Positions 1 through 10,360 of a DNA stretch of 64,000 nt are shown piece by piece. Within the stretch, counting starts at the first letter, position 1; the number at the start of each line of letters is the position of its first letter. Under the pieces are notes generated by a model. The model saw nothing but the letters and a program-made list of their open reading frames with translations, made no database searches and was not told the origin of the DNA. Origin of the DNA: Balanoglossus misakiensis (Eukaryota > Animalia > Hemichordata); the NCBI GenBank assembly GCA_040954595.2, contig JBECUI020000039.1, forward strand, positions 1 to 64,000, in the 5' to 3' direction. Made by a program: the position numbers and the translations under genes.

Positions 1-2
1 AT

Positions 3-629
3 TTATTTATTTTTTTCTGCTTCATTTGCTGGTAGTAACACTTTTACCTTAGCATTACGCACAACTTTATCATACAATGTATATCCATTCTGATATACCT
101 CAATTACTGTTGGACCTTCAACTGAATCCCTTGTTTCTACAGCAATTGCTTCATGAATAGTGGGGTCGAAATCCTTATTAAGTGATTCATATCGCACCAG
201 TTTCCACTGTTGCTCAAGATTTACACGTAGCTGTCGATTGATTAACTCAATGCCAGCCTTAAATGATTCAACGGTTGCAGTCTCATCAGTAAACTGTATA
301 GCACGCTCCAGGTCATCAAGAAATGATATAATGTCCAGCAGAAGTGCCTTGTTTGCAAATTGCACTTCCTGCTGCTTGTCCCGCATCAAACGCTTCCTTA
401 CATTATCAAAATCAGCACGCACTCGCAGAATGTCTTCCTGTAAGCCAGCTCGCTCATGCTGCAATTTTTCAATCTGAAGTTTTTGTTCCCTTATCAGATC
501 TGTTGCATCTTGTTCTGATTGTTCCGATTGTTCCGATTGTTCTTCAAGTACGGGAATATCCGCGGATTCCGATATATCATTGGAATCCAGCTCTACCGGT
601 TTTGTATTAATATCTTGTTGTTCTGCCAT
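3..629 (-). CDS. grpE: Nucleotide exchange factor GrpE
   Basis: RADFDNVRKR, FDPTIHEA and GYTLYDKVVRNAKVKV motifs; acidic N-terminus with EQS repeat. Confidence 0.97.
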   Translation of the reverse strand: MAEQQDINTKPVELDSNDISESADIPVLEEQSEQSEQSEQDATDLIREQKLQIEKLQHERAGLQEDILRVRADFDNVRKRLMRDKQQEVQFANKALLLDIISFLDDLERAIQFTDETATVESFKAGIELINRQLRVNLEQQWKLVRYESLNKDFDPTIHEAIAVETRDSVEGPTVIEVYQNGYTLYDKVVRNAKVKVLLPANEAEKNK

Positions 630-678
630 TAATTTGTTCCTTGTGCACTGATAATTTCTTCAGCAAATAATTAAAGCT

Positions 679-707
679 ATAGTACATAGTATAATATATA
701 ATGTCAA
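679..707 (-). promoter_or_regulatory. Sigma70-type promoter of grpE
   Basis: Minus strand TTGACA-17 nt-TACTAT about 50 nt upstream of the start codon; no CIRCE element seen. Confidence 0.7.
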
Positions 708-714
708 TAAATTG

Positions 715-3700
715 TTATGAACGAACCGACATTTCAAGTATAAGTTCTACCTCGCCCTTACTGATATTCGTTTTGCGAGCGATTTCATCCACACTCCAAC
801 CAAGTTTGGATAAACGGATAACCGTTTTTTGTGCATCACGTTGAGGCGCACCTTTTTCTTTTGAAGCAGTTTCTTTTAGCTCACCACGTACGACATGCTC
901 CAACTGCCTTAATTGTTCGTCAATTTCTTTACTGAGGGTTGTATACCTCGTTTCCGAACGGGCAACCCATTCCCGCGACTGCTTCACCTCTTCCAGACGT
1001 TCTTCGAGGTTGCCGAGATCGCTGTTTAATGAATTGAAGACTTCAACAACATGCTCTGCCTCTTCCTTACCCGAACTGAGGGTCTGTATGGTATCCCCCA
1101 TGCTCTGAACATTCTCAGCGAATGTGCTAAGGGATCCTGATAATTCCTGAATACGTCCGTCAAGCTCACCAAGCCTGTCAAAATTGTTATCAACCGTTTT
1201 AATTGTAACATCAATAAGAGAACGCTTCTTGTCCAAGCGATTAAGACGATCGCCCAGGTCTTTCTCCAAAATTTCGATATGCTGAAAGCGAGATTTTAAC
1301 TCTTGCAACTCATCGTTTCTGTCAGTAAGGTCGGCAACCTTGCGGTCAACCGATTGCGACAATTCTCCAAGAACACGATAACGTTCTTCCAGAGCATCAA
1401 GTTTGCGTTTATCTTCGCTCAGCCGAAGCAACTGTCGCACGTTCTCTTTGCTTTGCTGCTGAACCTTGTTAACCTCCGCTTCAAGGTCTCGGACAACCCC
1501 CCGTGCATTCTCTAGCTGCTCTATTTCACTCTTGTAGTAATTCAGGTTTTCCTTTAACTCAAAGCGCATGGACTCAACTCGTCGGAAGAGTTTGGTTTGT
1601 TCAATGAATTCCCGCTGACGTTTATCAATCTTACCGAGATTTTCTTCAAGTGAATGGACTGATTGCTCCAGTTTACTAATGAGTTTATGCCGTTGCGAAA
1701 AGAACTGGTCGCGGGCATCGTTGATGATATTTCTTATCTCTTCGCGGAAAGAAACCTTGTTTTCTTCCAACTCATCAAACAATGACGCCGATTGATTCTG
1801 AAAATGTGTACTTGCCTGCACAACATTGCTCTCCAGCTCATGTATCTTGCTCTCAATACCCCCACTGGCACTTTCAACCTCTTCGTTCATTGTACGAAGA
1901 GAGCCTTCAACACTCTGTGATTGTGCACGAATTTTTTTCTCCGTTTCCAAGGAATGCTGTAAAAACTGTGCTTCAAAATGTTCCATTGCATTCTGCCGAA
2001 CATTTCCTATCTTGCCCTGTAATTCTTCTTCCAGGGTTTTCAGTGATGTACTCGTTTGATTTATGCCAATATCCAGTTCCTTGCGCATGCCGAGAACTGA
2101 ATCGTCAATATCCTGTACCTGTCCATCTACCCGCTTGCGCAAGTCCCCCAATACCCCGGACATGTTTCGGTTAAGCTCCTGCTCCTGCTCTTGCAATCTC
2201 GTATGCTGATTGACCTCAAGGGTTCGTAACTCCTCGGAAAAATGTTCGCGGAAGTCCTCAATTTCTTTGCGCATTTTCTGGTCGTTATCGTTTAGGTTGC
2301 CTAGAAACTCCTTACTGAATAATTCTATCTTATCTCCTAAATCAATATGCGCCCTACTCTTAACACTACTAACCTCGCGTTCAATCTCTGCAAGGTCGGT
2401 GCGAATAGATTCCTGTTCTTTATTCATTTCAAGCATGATTTCGTTTCTATACTCTGCAATTTCTGCTGGAATCTCATCAAACTTGCTTTGTAAACTTATC
2501 GTGGTACGCTCAATTACTTCGCGCATCTCCTTATCAAGCAAATCGATGTCCTGCCGGAGCACTTCGAGCTTCGTTATTCTATAAATGAAGTCCTGCTCAA
2601 AGTCACTAATTCGCTTGTCAAGTTTGTTAAATACCTGCTGCTCCACCGATTGATGATGCTTCTGCATAAAGGTGGGAAGGGAATCGATAAATGTTTGTAT
2701 CTCCTGCTTTACATTGTCGAGCTTGGTACGCGATTCCTCTGTCTGCCGAGATATATCGTCTTTCGCAGTATGAACATTGTTTAGTTGCTTCTCGCAGTCC
2801 TCAACGCGTTCTACCAATGACTGCTTAAATGTATCAAAATACTGCTCAATGTCGCCCTGCTTGTCGGCAAAGCCTTCTGCAAGGGTCTTCAGCTGTGCTT
2901 CCATATCCGATGCCAAGATCCGACTCTGCTTGTCAATATCCGACTTAATACGTGCCAAGGCCTTCGACTCTTCATTGCTTGCTGAGGTGGTTAATTTGTC
3001 AATGCGGTCTTTCATTTTGCCGTATAACCCGTCCAGACGTTTACTAAACTCGGAAAAATATGTTGTAAGAATCTCCCGCTGTTCCTGCACCTGATTATTA
3101 TGCGACTGAACACTGTTTGTAAGATCAACCGTAAATTCCTGATATAACTCTGTACGAACACGTTGTAATGATGCAACCGTTTGCTCTTCCTCGTTGGTGA
3201 GACGGGCAAAAAGCGTTTTCGTCTGCTCTTCGAGTTCAAGAAAATTGCTCCGTATATCATTGATTGATTGACGTTCCGCATCAAGCTGTTGCTGTATGGT
3301 CGCCGTTAACTCTTGCTCCGCATCGCTGCCCAACTCTGCAAAACGTTTCTCGGACTCGGCAAGAAGTCTTTCCTGCAACTCCTGAAATTTTCCCCGGAAT
3401 GAGTCCAGGTCTTTTTCAAAACTACGGATAACTTCCTCAGTGTCCATACAACGGGCAGTTAACTGATCCGAACGAATCGCAACGTCTTCAAAGACTTTAG
3501 ACTGGAATTCCTCCATCTCCTGTGCATTCCGGTTCTGCATGGAGTCGACTATGTTTTCGGATTCCTTTTGAAGATTGTCGATATGATCTTGAATTTTGTT
3601 TGCCCGCTTGCCGACCTCATCAACATAACGAGATTCATCGTGGATACGCTGTAAGTTTTCCTCGACGTTCTTTGTCATATGTGCAAGATCTTGCAAAACC

Positions 3701-4008
3701 CGGTCGTATTCCCGAATACGATCATCAACATGATCAATGGCTTGCAACCTTGACCCGAACCCGTCTTCCACCTCTTTTGCCTTTTGGAGAATGGCACGCA
3801 CAGTTTGTTGCTGCACCTCTATTTCCACTCCCATATTCTTCAGGACTTCAACCTTTTCGTCTACCAGCACTGTAAGATCGTTTCGCACCTTTTCAGCGGT
3901 TCGCTTTATGCGAGATTGCAGACGGGACGGACTATCCATGCGCCTATAAATTATCAGCATGATAGTAACGATAATGAGAACAACTACGTTATTTATTACA
4001 AACTGCAT
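715..4008 (-). CDS. SpiroCoCo-type membrane-anchored long coiled-coil protein with C-terminal HTH-like domain
   Basis: N-terminal TM helix, about 1000 aa of E/Q/K/L-rich heptad sequence, C-terminal GWSVDEIARKTNISKGEVELILE typical of this spirochaete family. Confidence 0.85.
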   Translation of the reverse strand: MQFVINNVVVLIIVTIMLIIYRRMDSPSRLQSRIKRTAEKVRNDLTVLVDEKVEVLKNMGVEIEVQQQTVRAILQKAKEVEDGFGSRLQAIDHVDDRIREYDRVLQDLAHMTKNVEENLQRIHDESRYVDEVGKRANKIQDHIDNLQKESENIVDSMQNRNAQEMEEFQSKVFEDVAIRSDQLTARCMDTEEVIRSFEKDLDSFRGKFQELQERLLAESEKRFAELGSDAEQELTATIQQQLDAERQSINDIRSNFLELEEQTKTLFARLTNEEEQTVASLQRVRTELYQEFTVDLTNSVQSHNNQVQEQREILTTYFSEFSKRLDGLYGKMKDRIDKLTTSASNEESKALARIKSDIDKQSRILASDMEAQLKTLAEGFADKQGDIEQYFDTFKQSLVERVEDCEKQLNNVHTAKDDISRQTEESRTKLDNVKQEIQTFIDSLPTFMQKHHQSVEQQVFNKLDKRISDFEQDFIYRITKLEVLRQDIDLLDKEMREVIERTTISLQSKFDEIPAEIAEYRNEIMLEMNKEQESIRTDLAEIEREVSSVKSRAHIDLGDKIELFSKEFLGNLNDNDQKMRKEIEDFREHFSEELRTLEVNQHTRLQEQEQELNRNMSGVLGDLRKRVDGQVQDIDDSVLGMRKELDIGINQTSTSLKTLEEELQGKIGNVRQNAMEHFEAQFLQHSLETEKKIRAQSQSVEGSLRTMNEEVESASGGIESKIHELESNVVQASTHFQNQSASLFDELEENKVSFREEIRNIINDARDQFFSQRHKLISKLEQSVHSLEENLGKIDKRQREFIEQTKLFRRVESMRFELKENLNYYKSEIEQLENARGVVRDLEAEVNKVQQQSKENVRQLLRLSEDKRKLDALEERYRVLGELSQSVDRKVADLTDRNDELQELKSRFQHIEILEKDLGDRLNRLDKKRSLIDVTIKTVDNNFDRLGELDGRIQELSGSLSTFAENVQSMGDTIQTLSSGKEEAEHVVEVFNSLNSDLGNLEERLEEVKQSREWVARSETRYTTLSKEIDEQLRQLEHVVRGELKETASKEKGAPQRDAQKTVIRLSKLGWSVDEIARKTNISKGEVELILEMSVRS

Positions 4009-4078
4009 TGAGAAAGACCTCCCAATCTTCTCAGACCTACTATTGACACGGTATTCATGTCATTGTTTTATAACTATA

Positions 4079-4747
4079 CTAAGCAAAACATAAATATTCT
4101 TCAAGCCTATGCAATAAAGAACGATAACAGGAAAATTGTATTGTTGCATTATAAGAACGCAACAATGCAAATGTTAGATAAGCACTCATCATTCCCATTT
4201 CTTCAGCCCCAAGGATATCATAATGATAATTATCCCCAACAAATAACACCTTGTTTGGTGCTACATGAAGTTTATCACAAATATCCATAAAGGGTTTCTC
4301 ATGGGGTTTTAAATAACCACTGTCTTCGGAACAATGGACTGCATCCCAACAGGATTCCAAATGAAGATACTCCAGTTTTTTTCCTATGGGAAAATCAGAT
4401 AAGATTCCTGTTGCTATGCCTTTGGCATGCAACCAATCTAATAACCGGGTAATGCCCGAATAGGGTTTAACGTTGCTAATTGCACGGGGGATCCGGTATA
4501 AAACAAGATCATCAATGTATTGATGTGCCTCTTCGACAGGGATATCCAACATAGCTGCAAGCATGGTAGCTTGTTTGTTATGTATATCACCAAGCGGTGT
4601 AATGTGTCGGAGATGTGCCCGTATTTTTCCAAAGGCCGACATAAACTTGATATGCGCCAAACAATACGGAAAAAGTTGTAATTTGACCTTTGAGTTCGGA
4701 TACAACGTCCCATCCAGATCAAAAATAACTGCCTGAATATCGTGCAT
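4079..4747 (-). CDS. HAD-superfamily hydrolase
   Basis: Motif I FDLDGTLY, motif III KP, motif IV VGDNYHYD. Confidence 0.92.
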   Translation of the reverse strand: MHDIQAVIFDLDGTLYPNSKVKLQLFPYCLAHIKFMSAFGKIRAHLRHITPLGDIHNKQATMLAAMLDIPVEEAHQYIDDLVLYRIPRAISNVKPYSGITRLLDWLHAKGIATGILSDFPIGKKLEYLHLESCWDAVHCSEDSGYLKPHEKPFMDICDKLHVAPNKVLFVGDNYHYDILGAEEMGMMSAYLTFALLRSYNATIQFSCYRSLLHRLEEYLCFA

Positions 4748-4754
4748 TTAGATT

Positions 4755-4784
4755 ATTGTATACCATGTATGAATACTTATGCAA
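4755..4784 (-). promoter_or_regulatory. Sigma70-type promoter, probably leaderless, of the HAD gene
   Basis: TTGCAT-18-TACAAT-7 nt-ATG, no Shine-Dalgarno. Confidence 0.55.
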
Positions 4785-4797
4785 GTATCCCATACAA

Positions 4798-6120
4798 TTA
4801 ATTAGCAAGATCAGTTTGGATGCGGGGAATCTGAAAGGCTTGTACCCCCGGAGCATGCACGATGTGTATGTAATCGTTCGGATAACGTTTCAGTAATAAT
4901 GCCGGATCAGTTTCCACATTGCGTTCAAATACCCGCAAATGAAATTCTCCGCTTGTACTGATATAAGGCAAAAGGACAACAACGTGAACATGCTGGCGAA
5001 GAAGTGTGTTATCGCCAAAGGGCTTATTAATGCTTGCAAAATAGATCCTTCCCGGATGTTCTTGAACCTCTTGTAAGAGAATTTCTTCGAGTTTTCTCAT
5101 GGGATACCCAACGTCTTCAATATAGGGAGAAACTGTCTGATTACGTAGATCGTAGGCTTCGAGATCAACTGCTGTAGATATTTCGGCGCTTAGTTTGCTG
5201 AGTTCGCTGATTTTGCTATCTTCTTTCAAATTGTTGAGCACCCAAGCTATGTTTCGTGTCCAGTCCAAACCAAAATACGGATCGCGCTCGTACTCATGAA
5301 AGGCGCCCCACTGATTCCCACGAATGCCGGTATGCCGCTGCTTCAATGTTTCAATGGATAAATACTGATGATGCTCAGGATAATAAAAGCCATCTGCTAC
5401 CCATTTTGCAAACCCGGAGCAGTTAAATCCCGACAGGTCTGCCTGCATGCCCTGTGTACTGATGTAAACCAGATTCCCTTGGGCATCCATGGCGCCGTCT
5501 TCTGCATCGGGGAGATAGGGCAGATAGGCATGAATGCGATTTGCTAACTCACTGATCCCTTCGTTCTTCATGACCTCGCTTGATAGGACAATGTTGTCAA
5601 TAAGAATCCTGTCCCATTGCACGAGTCGTTCTGTCGCTACCCGTATCAGCTTGAAGGAATCTACCAATAACACTGCAAATGATATGGGAATATCAATGTT
5701 CTTATACAGTAACTTCTCTTCCTTATAAATATTCATACGGCTTCCCGTACCATGTGGATGGATGCGAAGAAAATGCCGTCCTTCATTGGAAAGAAATATC
5801 TTTATTTGATCGACCTTATTGCTGCTCAGGGAGCGCCGGATGATATAACTCCCTGTGGCTGAAATTGAAAAGGCATTCTGCAATTCCGGCAAAAAGAGAA
5901 AATAGACATGCTTTTTTTCCCTACTAACAGTAAATTGTACCCGCGGCAAGCCATTGCCTTGCACAAAAACCTGTCCTGAAACGCCAGAAGCCCGGTCTAT
6001 TGATGCAAATAAGTACTCACGGAGCTGATACCGGGCAATGCTACTCTCTAGTATATCAGACGCTCCAGCTGGGAGAACCGATATTATGACACAGATAATG
6101 ACCGTATATACAAACTTCAT
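4798..6120 (-). CDS. Exported hypothetical protein with NlpC/P60-like GFNCSGF motif
   Basis: 440-aa ORF, N-terminal signal peptide, GFNCSGFAKWVADG and downstream QHVHVVV; co-oriented with der and merR. Confidence 0.7.
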   Translation of the reverse strand: MKFVYTVIICVIISVLPAGASDILESSIARYQLREYLFASIDRASGVSGQVFVQGNGLPRVQFTVSREKKHVYFLFLPELQNAFSISATGSYIIRRSLSSNKVDQIKIFLSNEGRHFLRIHPHGTGSRMNIYKEEKLLYKNIDIPISFAVLLVDSFKLIRVATERLVQWDRILIDNIVLSSEVMKNEGISELANRIHAYLPYLPDAEDGAMDAQGNLVYISTQGMQADLSGFNCSGFAKWVADGFYYPEHHQYLSIETLKQRHTGIRGNQWGAFHEYERDPYFGLDWTRNIAWVLNNLKEDSKISELSKLSAEISTAVDLEAYDLRNQTVSPYIEDVGYPMRKLEEILLQEVQEHPGRIYFASINKPFGDNTLLRQHVHVVVLLPYISTSGEFHLRVFERNVETDPALLLKRYPNDYIHIVHAPGVQAFQIPRIQTDLAN

Positions 6121-6125
6121 ATTAG

Positions 6126-6497
6126 TTATATCGACTTATTACTGAACTCTCTCAATTCTTTTAAGAGCAGCCCTACGTTTTCCAAGTGACGATAGAGTTT
6201 TCGATGTGCAATGGAAACCGCAAGCAAGGCATTCTTTATTTCCTCGCATTGCTGCTTGATGTGAACATTATTCTTTGCATGCAATAGATGCTCGGTTGCC
6301 CCTTGAATGCTGTATTTCTTATTGATAACAAGATGACGAACACGAAAAAGCTGTCGTAATGTTTCGAAAGAATACATGCGCATATTGTTTTTTCGGTAAT
6401 GCGGAGCGAGGGTGGGAATATGTTCTTCCCAATAGCGAATGGTATGGGGCGGGATGTCTAATATCTCTGCCACTTCGCCAATCCGAAAATACTGCAT
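6126..6497 (-). CDS. MerR-family transcriptional regulator
   Basis: YFRIGEVAEILDIPPHTIRYWE HTH; start moved to the ATG overlapping the der stop (TAATG). Confidence 0.88.
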   Translation of the reverse strand: MQYFRIGEVAEILDIPPHTIRYWEEHIPTLAPHYRKNNMRMYSFETLRQLFRVRHLVINKKYSIQGATEHLLHAKNNVHIKQQCEEIKNALLAVSIAHRKLYRHLENVGLLLKELREFSNKSI

Positions 6498-7786
6498 TAA
6501 CGCCTCCCGGTGCGTATCTCTAAGCCAATGGGAACTGATGAAAATCCAAGATCCCGACGGATGCAATTAATAAGGTACCGGTGATATGAAGGTGGAACTT
6601 TCTGTTTAGCAAACAAGAGAAATCGAACTGGGTTCGATGAGACTTGTGTTGAATAACGGATTTTCGGTATCCGTCGACCGGATACGGCAAACCTCTCCTG
6701 CCAAATTTGAAGGTGCTTATTTAGAACTGGGGTAGCAATTTTTTTCCGTAGTTCTGCATAACCCCGAAACGCAGCATCTAACAGACGCTCTACCCCAAAT
6801 CCAGTCTGACTGGAACAGGGGAAAATTTGTGCATAGGCGAGCAGTGGAAAGAAAAAACGAATATTATCTTTTAGGTCGTGCAACGATGGATGCGGTTCTA
6901 TATCCCATTTACTGAGTACAAGGATACATGCCCTCCCGCTCTCCACTGCAATATTGGCAATTCGCTTATCCTGTTCACTGATTCCCTCTGTTGCATCAAT
7001 CAGCAAAAAAACTATATCGGCTTGCTCGGTGTTCACAATTGTCCGTCTGGAGGCATAGTATTCAAGAGAATCGCTTGTCTTGCGTCTGAGTCCTGCCGTA
7101 TCAATAATGCGCAGATGCCGGTTCTTGTATTCTATAATGCCGTCAACAGAATCTCGGGTAGTACCCGCTATATCACTCACGAGACTCCTGTCATATCCCA
7201 GTATTGCATTGAGCAAACTTGATTTTCCACTGTTTGGTTTTCCAACAATAGCGATGCTGCAGGTAATGCGAACATGCTTTTCCTCCTGCGTCCCTTCTTG
7301 CTCCAGTACTGCCTCTATTGATGTTAGAAGTTCATCTATCCCCGTACCATGTGTCGCCGATATCCAAACCGTGCCCTTGCCGCCGAGATTCTTACCCAAC
7401 AGCGGATCGGTCTGCTGTTTATCAGCCTTGTTCACAACAAAGATGCAGATAGATGCTTCCCTTCGGCAGAGTTCAATCAACTCCTGGTCTTCAGCAGTAT
7501 AGTTGCTGGCATCGAGGAGAAGCAGAACAAGATGCGCATTACGAATGCATTGCTTACTCCTTTCAACAACAAGGGCATCGAATCTATCATCTGCCTCTCC
7601 TATGCCACCGGTATCAATAAGGCAGACAATCTTCCCGCCAATTTCCATTTCTCCCTCTACGTAGTCGCGCGTTATGCCCGCATGAGAGTCTGTAATTGCC
7701 TGCCTACGGCGCAGAAGGCGATTAAACAATGTTGACTTGCCAACATTGGGTCTACCAACAATGCTGATAGAAAACTTTGAGGTCAT
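6497..7786 (-). CDS. der: Ribosome biogenesis GTPase Der (EngA)
   Basis: Two G domains: GRPNVGKS/DTGG/NKAD and GKPNSGKS/DTAG/SKWD, plus KH-like C-terminus. Confidence 0.96.
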   Translation of the reverse strand: MTSKFSISIVGRPNVGKSTLFNRLLRRRQAITDSHAGITRDYVEGEMEIGGKIVCLIDTGGIGEADDRFDALVVERSKQCIRNAHLVLLLLDASNYTAEDQELIELCRREASICIFVVNKADKQQTDPLLGKNLGGKGTVWISATHGTGIDELLTSIEAVLEQEGTQEEKHVRITCSIAIVGKPNSGKSSLLNAILGYDRSLVSDIAGTTRDSVDGIIEYKNRHLRIIDTAGLRRKTSDSLEYYASRRTIVNTEQADIVFLLIDATEGISEQDKRIANIAVESGRACILVLSKWDIEPHPSLHDLKDNIRFFFPLLAYAQIFPCSSQTGFGVERLLDAAFRGYAELRKKIATPVLNKHLQIWQERFAVSGRRIPKIRYSTQVSSNPVRFLLFAKQKVPPSYHRYLINCIRRDLGFSSVPIGLEIRTGRR

Positions 7787-9486
7787 TGTATCTCCTTGCT
7801 AAAGAGCGTCAAGCGCTCGATAATATCTCGCTTCCGATACAATGCCAAGACATCATTCGCAAGAGACGTACATTTTTTGCTATCCAACAGTGCTATACAC
7901 TGTTTTAGCCCAGCAATGGCATTGAGTGGAACACTGAAACGTCGTAAGCCGAGTCCAATCAATAATGCAGTTGCTTGAATATTTCCCGCCATTTCTCCAC
8001 AGAGAGTAACTGGGACATCTTCCTTATTAGCAGCATCTATAATGGTGCCCAATATACGAATAACCGACGGATCAAATTCACTGTATAGGTGGGATATGTG
8101 TTCATTGCTGCGGTCAACCGCAAGAGTATACTGTATTAAATCATTCGTTCCAATAGAAAAGAAATCCACCATCCGTGCTAACTCGGGCACAATCATGACC
8201 GCTGATGGAACTTCAATCATAACACCGACCGGTATCGAGGCTGCCATGGGAATGCCCTTCTTGGTGAAATCTTCGCGGACAAAGTTAAGCATCTCCATAA
8301 ATTCATCGACTTCATCAATAGTGGACAGAAGGGGGAAGAGAATGCTGAGTTTCCCATTGACAGACGCACGAAGGAGCGCCCGTAATTGGAGATAAAATAT
8401 ATCTTTATGCTTAAACGAAAAGCGAATGGAACGTAGCCCCAGCAGAGGATTCGACTCTTGAAATCCCGCTATTAGCTTATCGCCACCTATGTCAAAGGTA
8501 CGGATAATGACTTCTTTCTCGGGCATGGCTTGCAATGCACTGGTATACGCATTGTATTGCTCATCTTCCCCAGCAAAACTTTGTCTCCCCATAAACAAGA
8601 ACTCGGAGCAATAGAGGCCTATTCCGTCAGAGTGGAATCGGTCAAGCGACTCGATCTCATAGCCAATGCGAATATTGGCAAGTACCTGTATGGGTACCCC
8701 ATCTTTTGTCTGCGAGGGAATGCCCAAGACTGTATCCAGTTCTTCCTGTTTACGGCGATACTCATGCACTTTTACTTGGTATTTCTGCACCGTTTTCTGG
8801 TCGGGAATGCAAACTACATGCCCGCTATAACCATCCAATATAATTGGATCCCCACTATTACAGATGTGAGTAGCATCCTTTACTCTTATAACACAGGGAA
8901 TGTCCATAGCAGCAGCAAGAATTGAAGTATGCGAGGTCAATCCACCTTTCTCCAGAATGATGCCCAGCACATTCTCCTTTGGCAAAAGGAGAAGCTCCCG
9001 AGGAGTAAGATCTTGATAAACAAGAATTACCGGTTTTTCGGGAAGAACGAATTCTGTTCCCGACAAAACTGAAAACAAATGTCGGAGAAGGCCATAGAGA
9101 TCAATTGAACGCTCGCTTAGATAGCTATCCTCTACGTTGGAAACCTTATGAATAATCGAAGCAATGTACTCTTGTATAACCCACTCAATATTATATAATT
9201 GTTCCCGAATTTTTAATGCAATGACAGAAAAAAATTCAGGATCGTTGAGCATCAAATCGTGGCTTTCAAGTATTTCGTCTGCCCCTTCAGTCGTAGTGCT
9301 ATCCCGAAGTACTGCAATAGACTGCCGAGCTTTCTGAATAGCATGACGAAGACGTTCAATTTCATGCTCAACTTGATGATCTTCAATTGGATAACAGTAT
9401 ATTGCATTATGAGCATGTGAACGACTAACATAGGCATCACCTCTTGCTATACCTTTACATACTGATCTTCCTGATAACTTTTTCAT
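7783..9486 (-). CDS. ptsI: PEP-protein phosphotransferase, PTS enzyme I
   Basis: GGLTSHTSILA phospho-His, RTFDIGGDK, FFSIGTNDLIQY, CGEMAG; likely start at MKKLSGR (9486). Confidence 0.95.
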   Translation of the reverse strand: MKKLSGRSVCKGIARGDAYVSRSHAHNAIYCYPIEDHQVEHEIERLRHAIQKARQSIAVLRDSTTTEGADEILESHDLMLNDPEFFSVIALKIREQLYNIEWVIQEYIASIIHKVSNVEDSYLSERSIDLYGLLRHLFSVLSGTEFVLPEKPVILVYQDLTPRELLLLPKENVLGIILEKGGLTSHTSILAAAMDIPCVIRVKDATHICNSGDPIILDGYSGHVVCIPDQKTVQKYQVKVHEYRRKQEELDTVLGIPSQTKDGVPIQVLANIRIGYEIESLDRFHSDGIGLYCSEFLFMGRQSFAGEDEQYNAYTSALQAMPEKEVIIRTFDIGGDKLIAGFQESNPLLGLRSIRFSFKHKDIFYLQLRALLRASVNGKLSILFPLLSTIDEVDEFMEMLNFVREDFTKKGIPMAASIPVGVMIEVPSAVMIVPELARMVDFFSIGTNDLIQYTLAVDRSNEHISHLYSEFDPSVIRILGTIIDAANKEDVPVTLCGEMAGNIQATALLIGLGLRRFSVPLNAIAGLKQCIALLDSKKCTSLANDVLALYRKRDIIERLTLFSKEIQ

Positions 9487-9560
9487 ATGATTACCTGTTT
9501 TATCATAGTATGAATATAAATTACTGTCAAATTCTGTAGTATTTTGTCGAATAGTATAAT

Positions 9561-10355
9561 ATGAGAAAAAATGTTCACAAGGGTTCTTCATCGTTTGGCA
9601 TACTGTTTTGGATTGCGGTTATTCTACTGCTTATTATTGTTTTCTTTGCGAATAAGAGCGCAATAGATACCGTATTGGAAGAAACAAAATTCTTTGAGGT
9701 CATTAGACCGGTAAACAGCGGGACATTAACTGTAACAATGGATAATACCGAAGCCGAATCGGCAGTACCGCAACCCCAGGAAAGCGAACCTCAAATTGTA
9801 CAGAATACTGATCAGGTAGCAGAAACAGAAGATTCCTCTGTCATTGCAGCAATTGTGGATACAATTACAGAGCAGGCAAGCGAAATTGTAGAAGAGGCTG
9901 CCGCACAAGTGCTTGTCAGGAGTGTAGAACCAAGCCCGACCAATAATAGAGCAGCACGTTTGTACTATGTGAGGTTTGAAAACAATGCCATACAGTTAGT
10001 ACCTGTACAACGTACTATTAGCTATACGAATAGCCCGATGATTACAACAATCAATGCGCTACTGCAAGGACCAAGCGCCGAAGAGGCTGAATCCGGTCTG
10101 ATCAGTTTAATTCCCGACGGAACAGAACTCTTATCTGCATGGGTTCGCAATGGAATTGCATACCTGAATTTTAATGATAACTTCCTTTTCAATGCAGTTG
10201 GACTCGAGGGTTCGGTTGCTCAACTTCAACAGATTGTCTACTCAACAACCGAGTTTAGTACCGTCAACAAGGTACAGATACTGATTGAGGGGGAAAAGAT
10301 TGAGTACATGAGTCAAGAAGGGGTCTACATCGGTGGAGAGCTGGAACGTACGTAG
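9561..10355 (+). CDS. GerMN domain-containing membrane-anchored protein
   Basis: N-terminal TM helix, acidic linker, ALLQGPS..LISLIP..QIVYSTTEFSTVNKVQILIEG. Confidence 0.88.
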   Translation: MRKNVHKGSSSFGILFWIAVILLLIIVFFANKSAIDTVLEETKFFEVIRPVNSGTLTVTMDNTEAESAVPQPQESEPQIVQNTDQVAETEDSSVIAAIVDTITEQASEIVEEAAAQVLVRSVEPSPTNNRAARLYYVRFENNAIQLVPVQRTISYTNSPMITTINALLQGPSAEEAESGLISLIPDGTELLSAWVRNGIAYLNFNDNFLFNAVGLEGSVAQLQQIVYSTTEFSTVNKVQILIEGEKIEYMSQEGVYIGGELERT

Positions 10356-10360
10356 TAAGC

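Noticed and set aside
9487-9591. N-terminal extension of enzyme I in the ORF track
   Set aside because: Overlaps the divergent GerMN gene; homology starts at MKKLSGR
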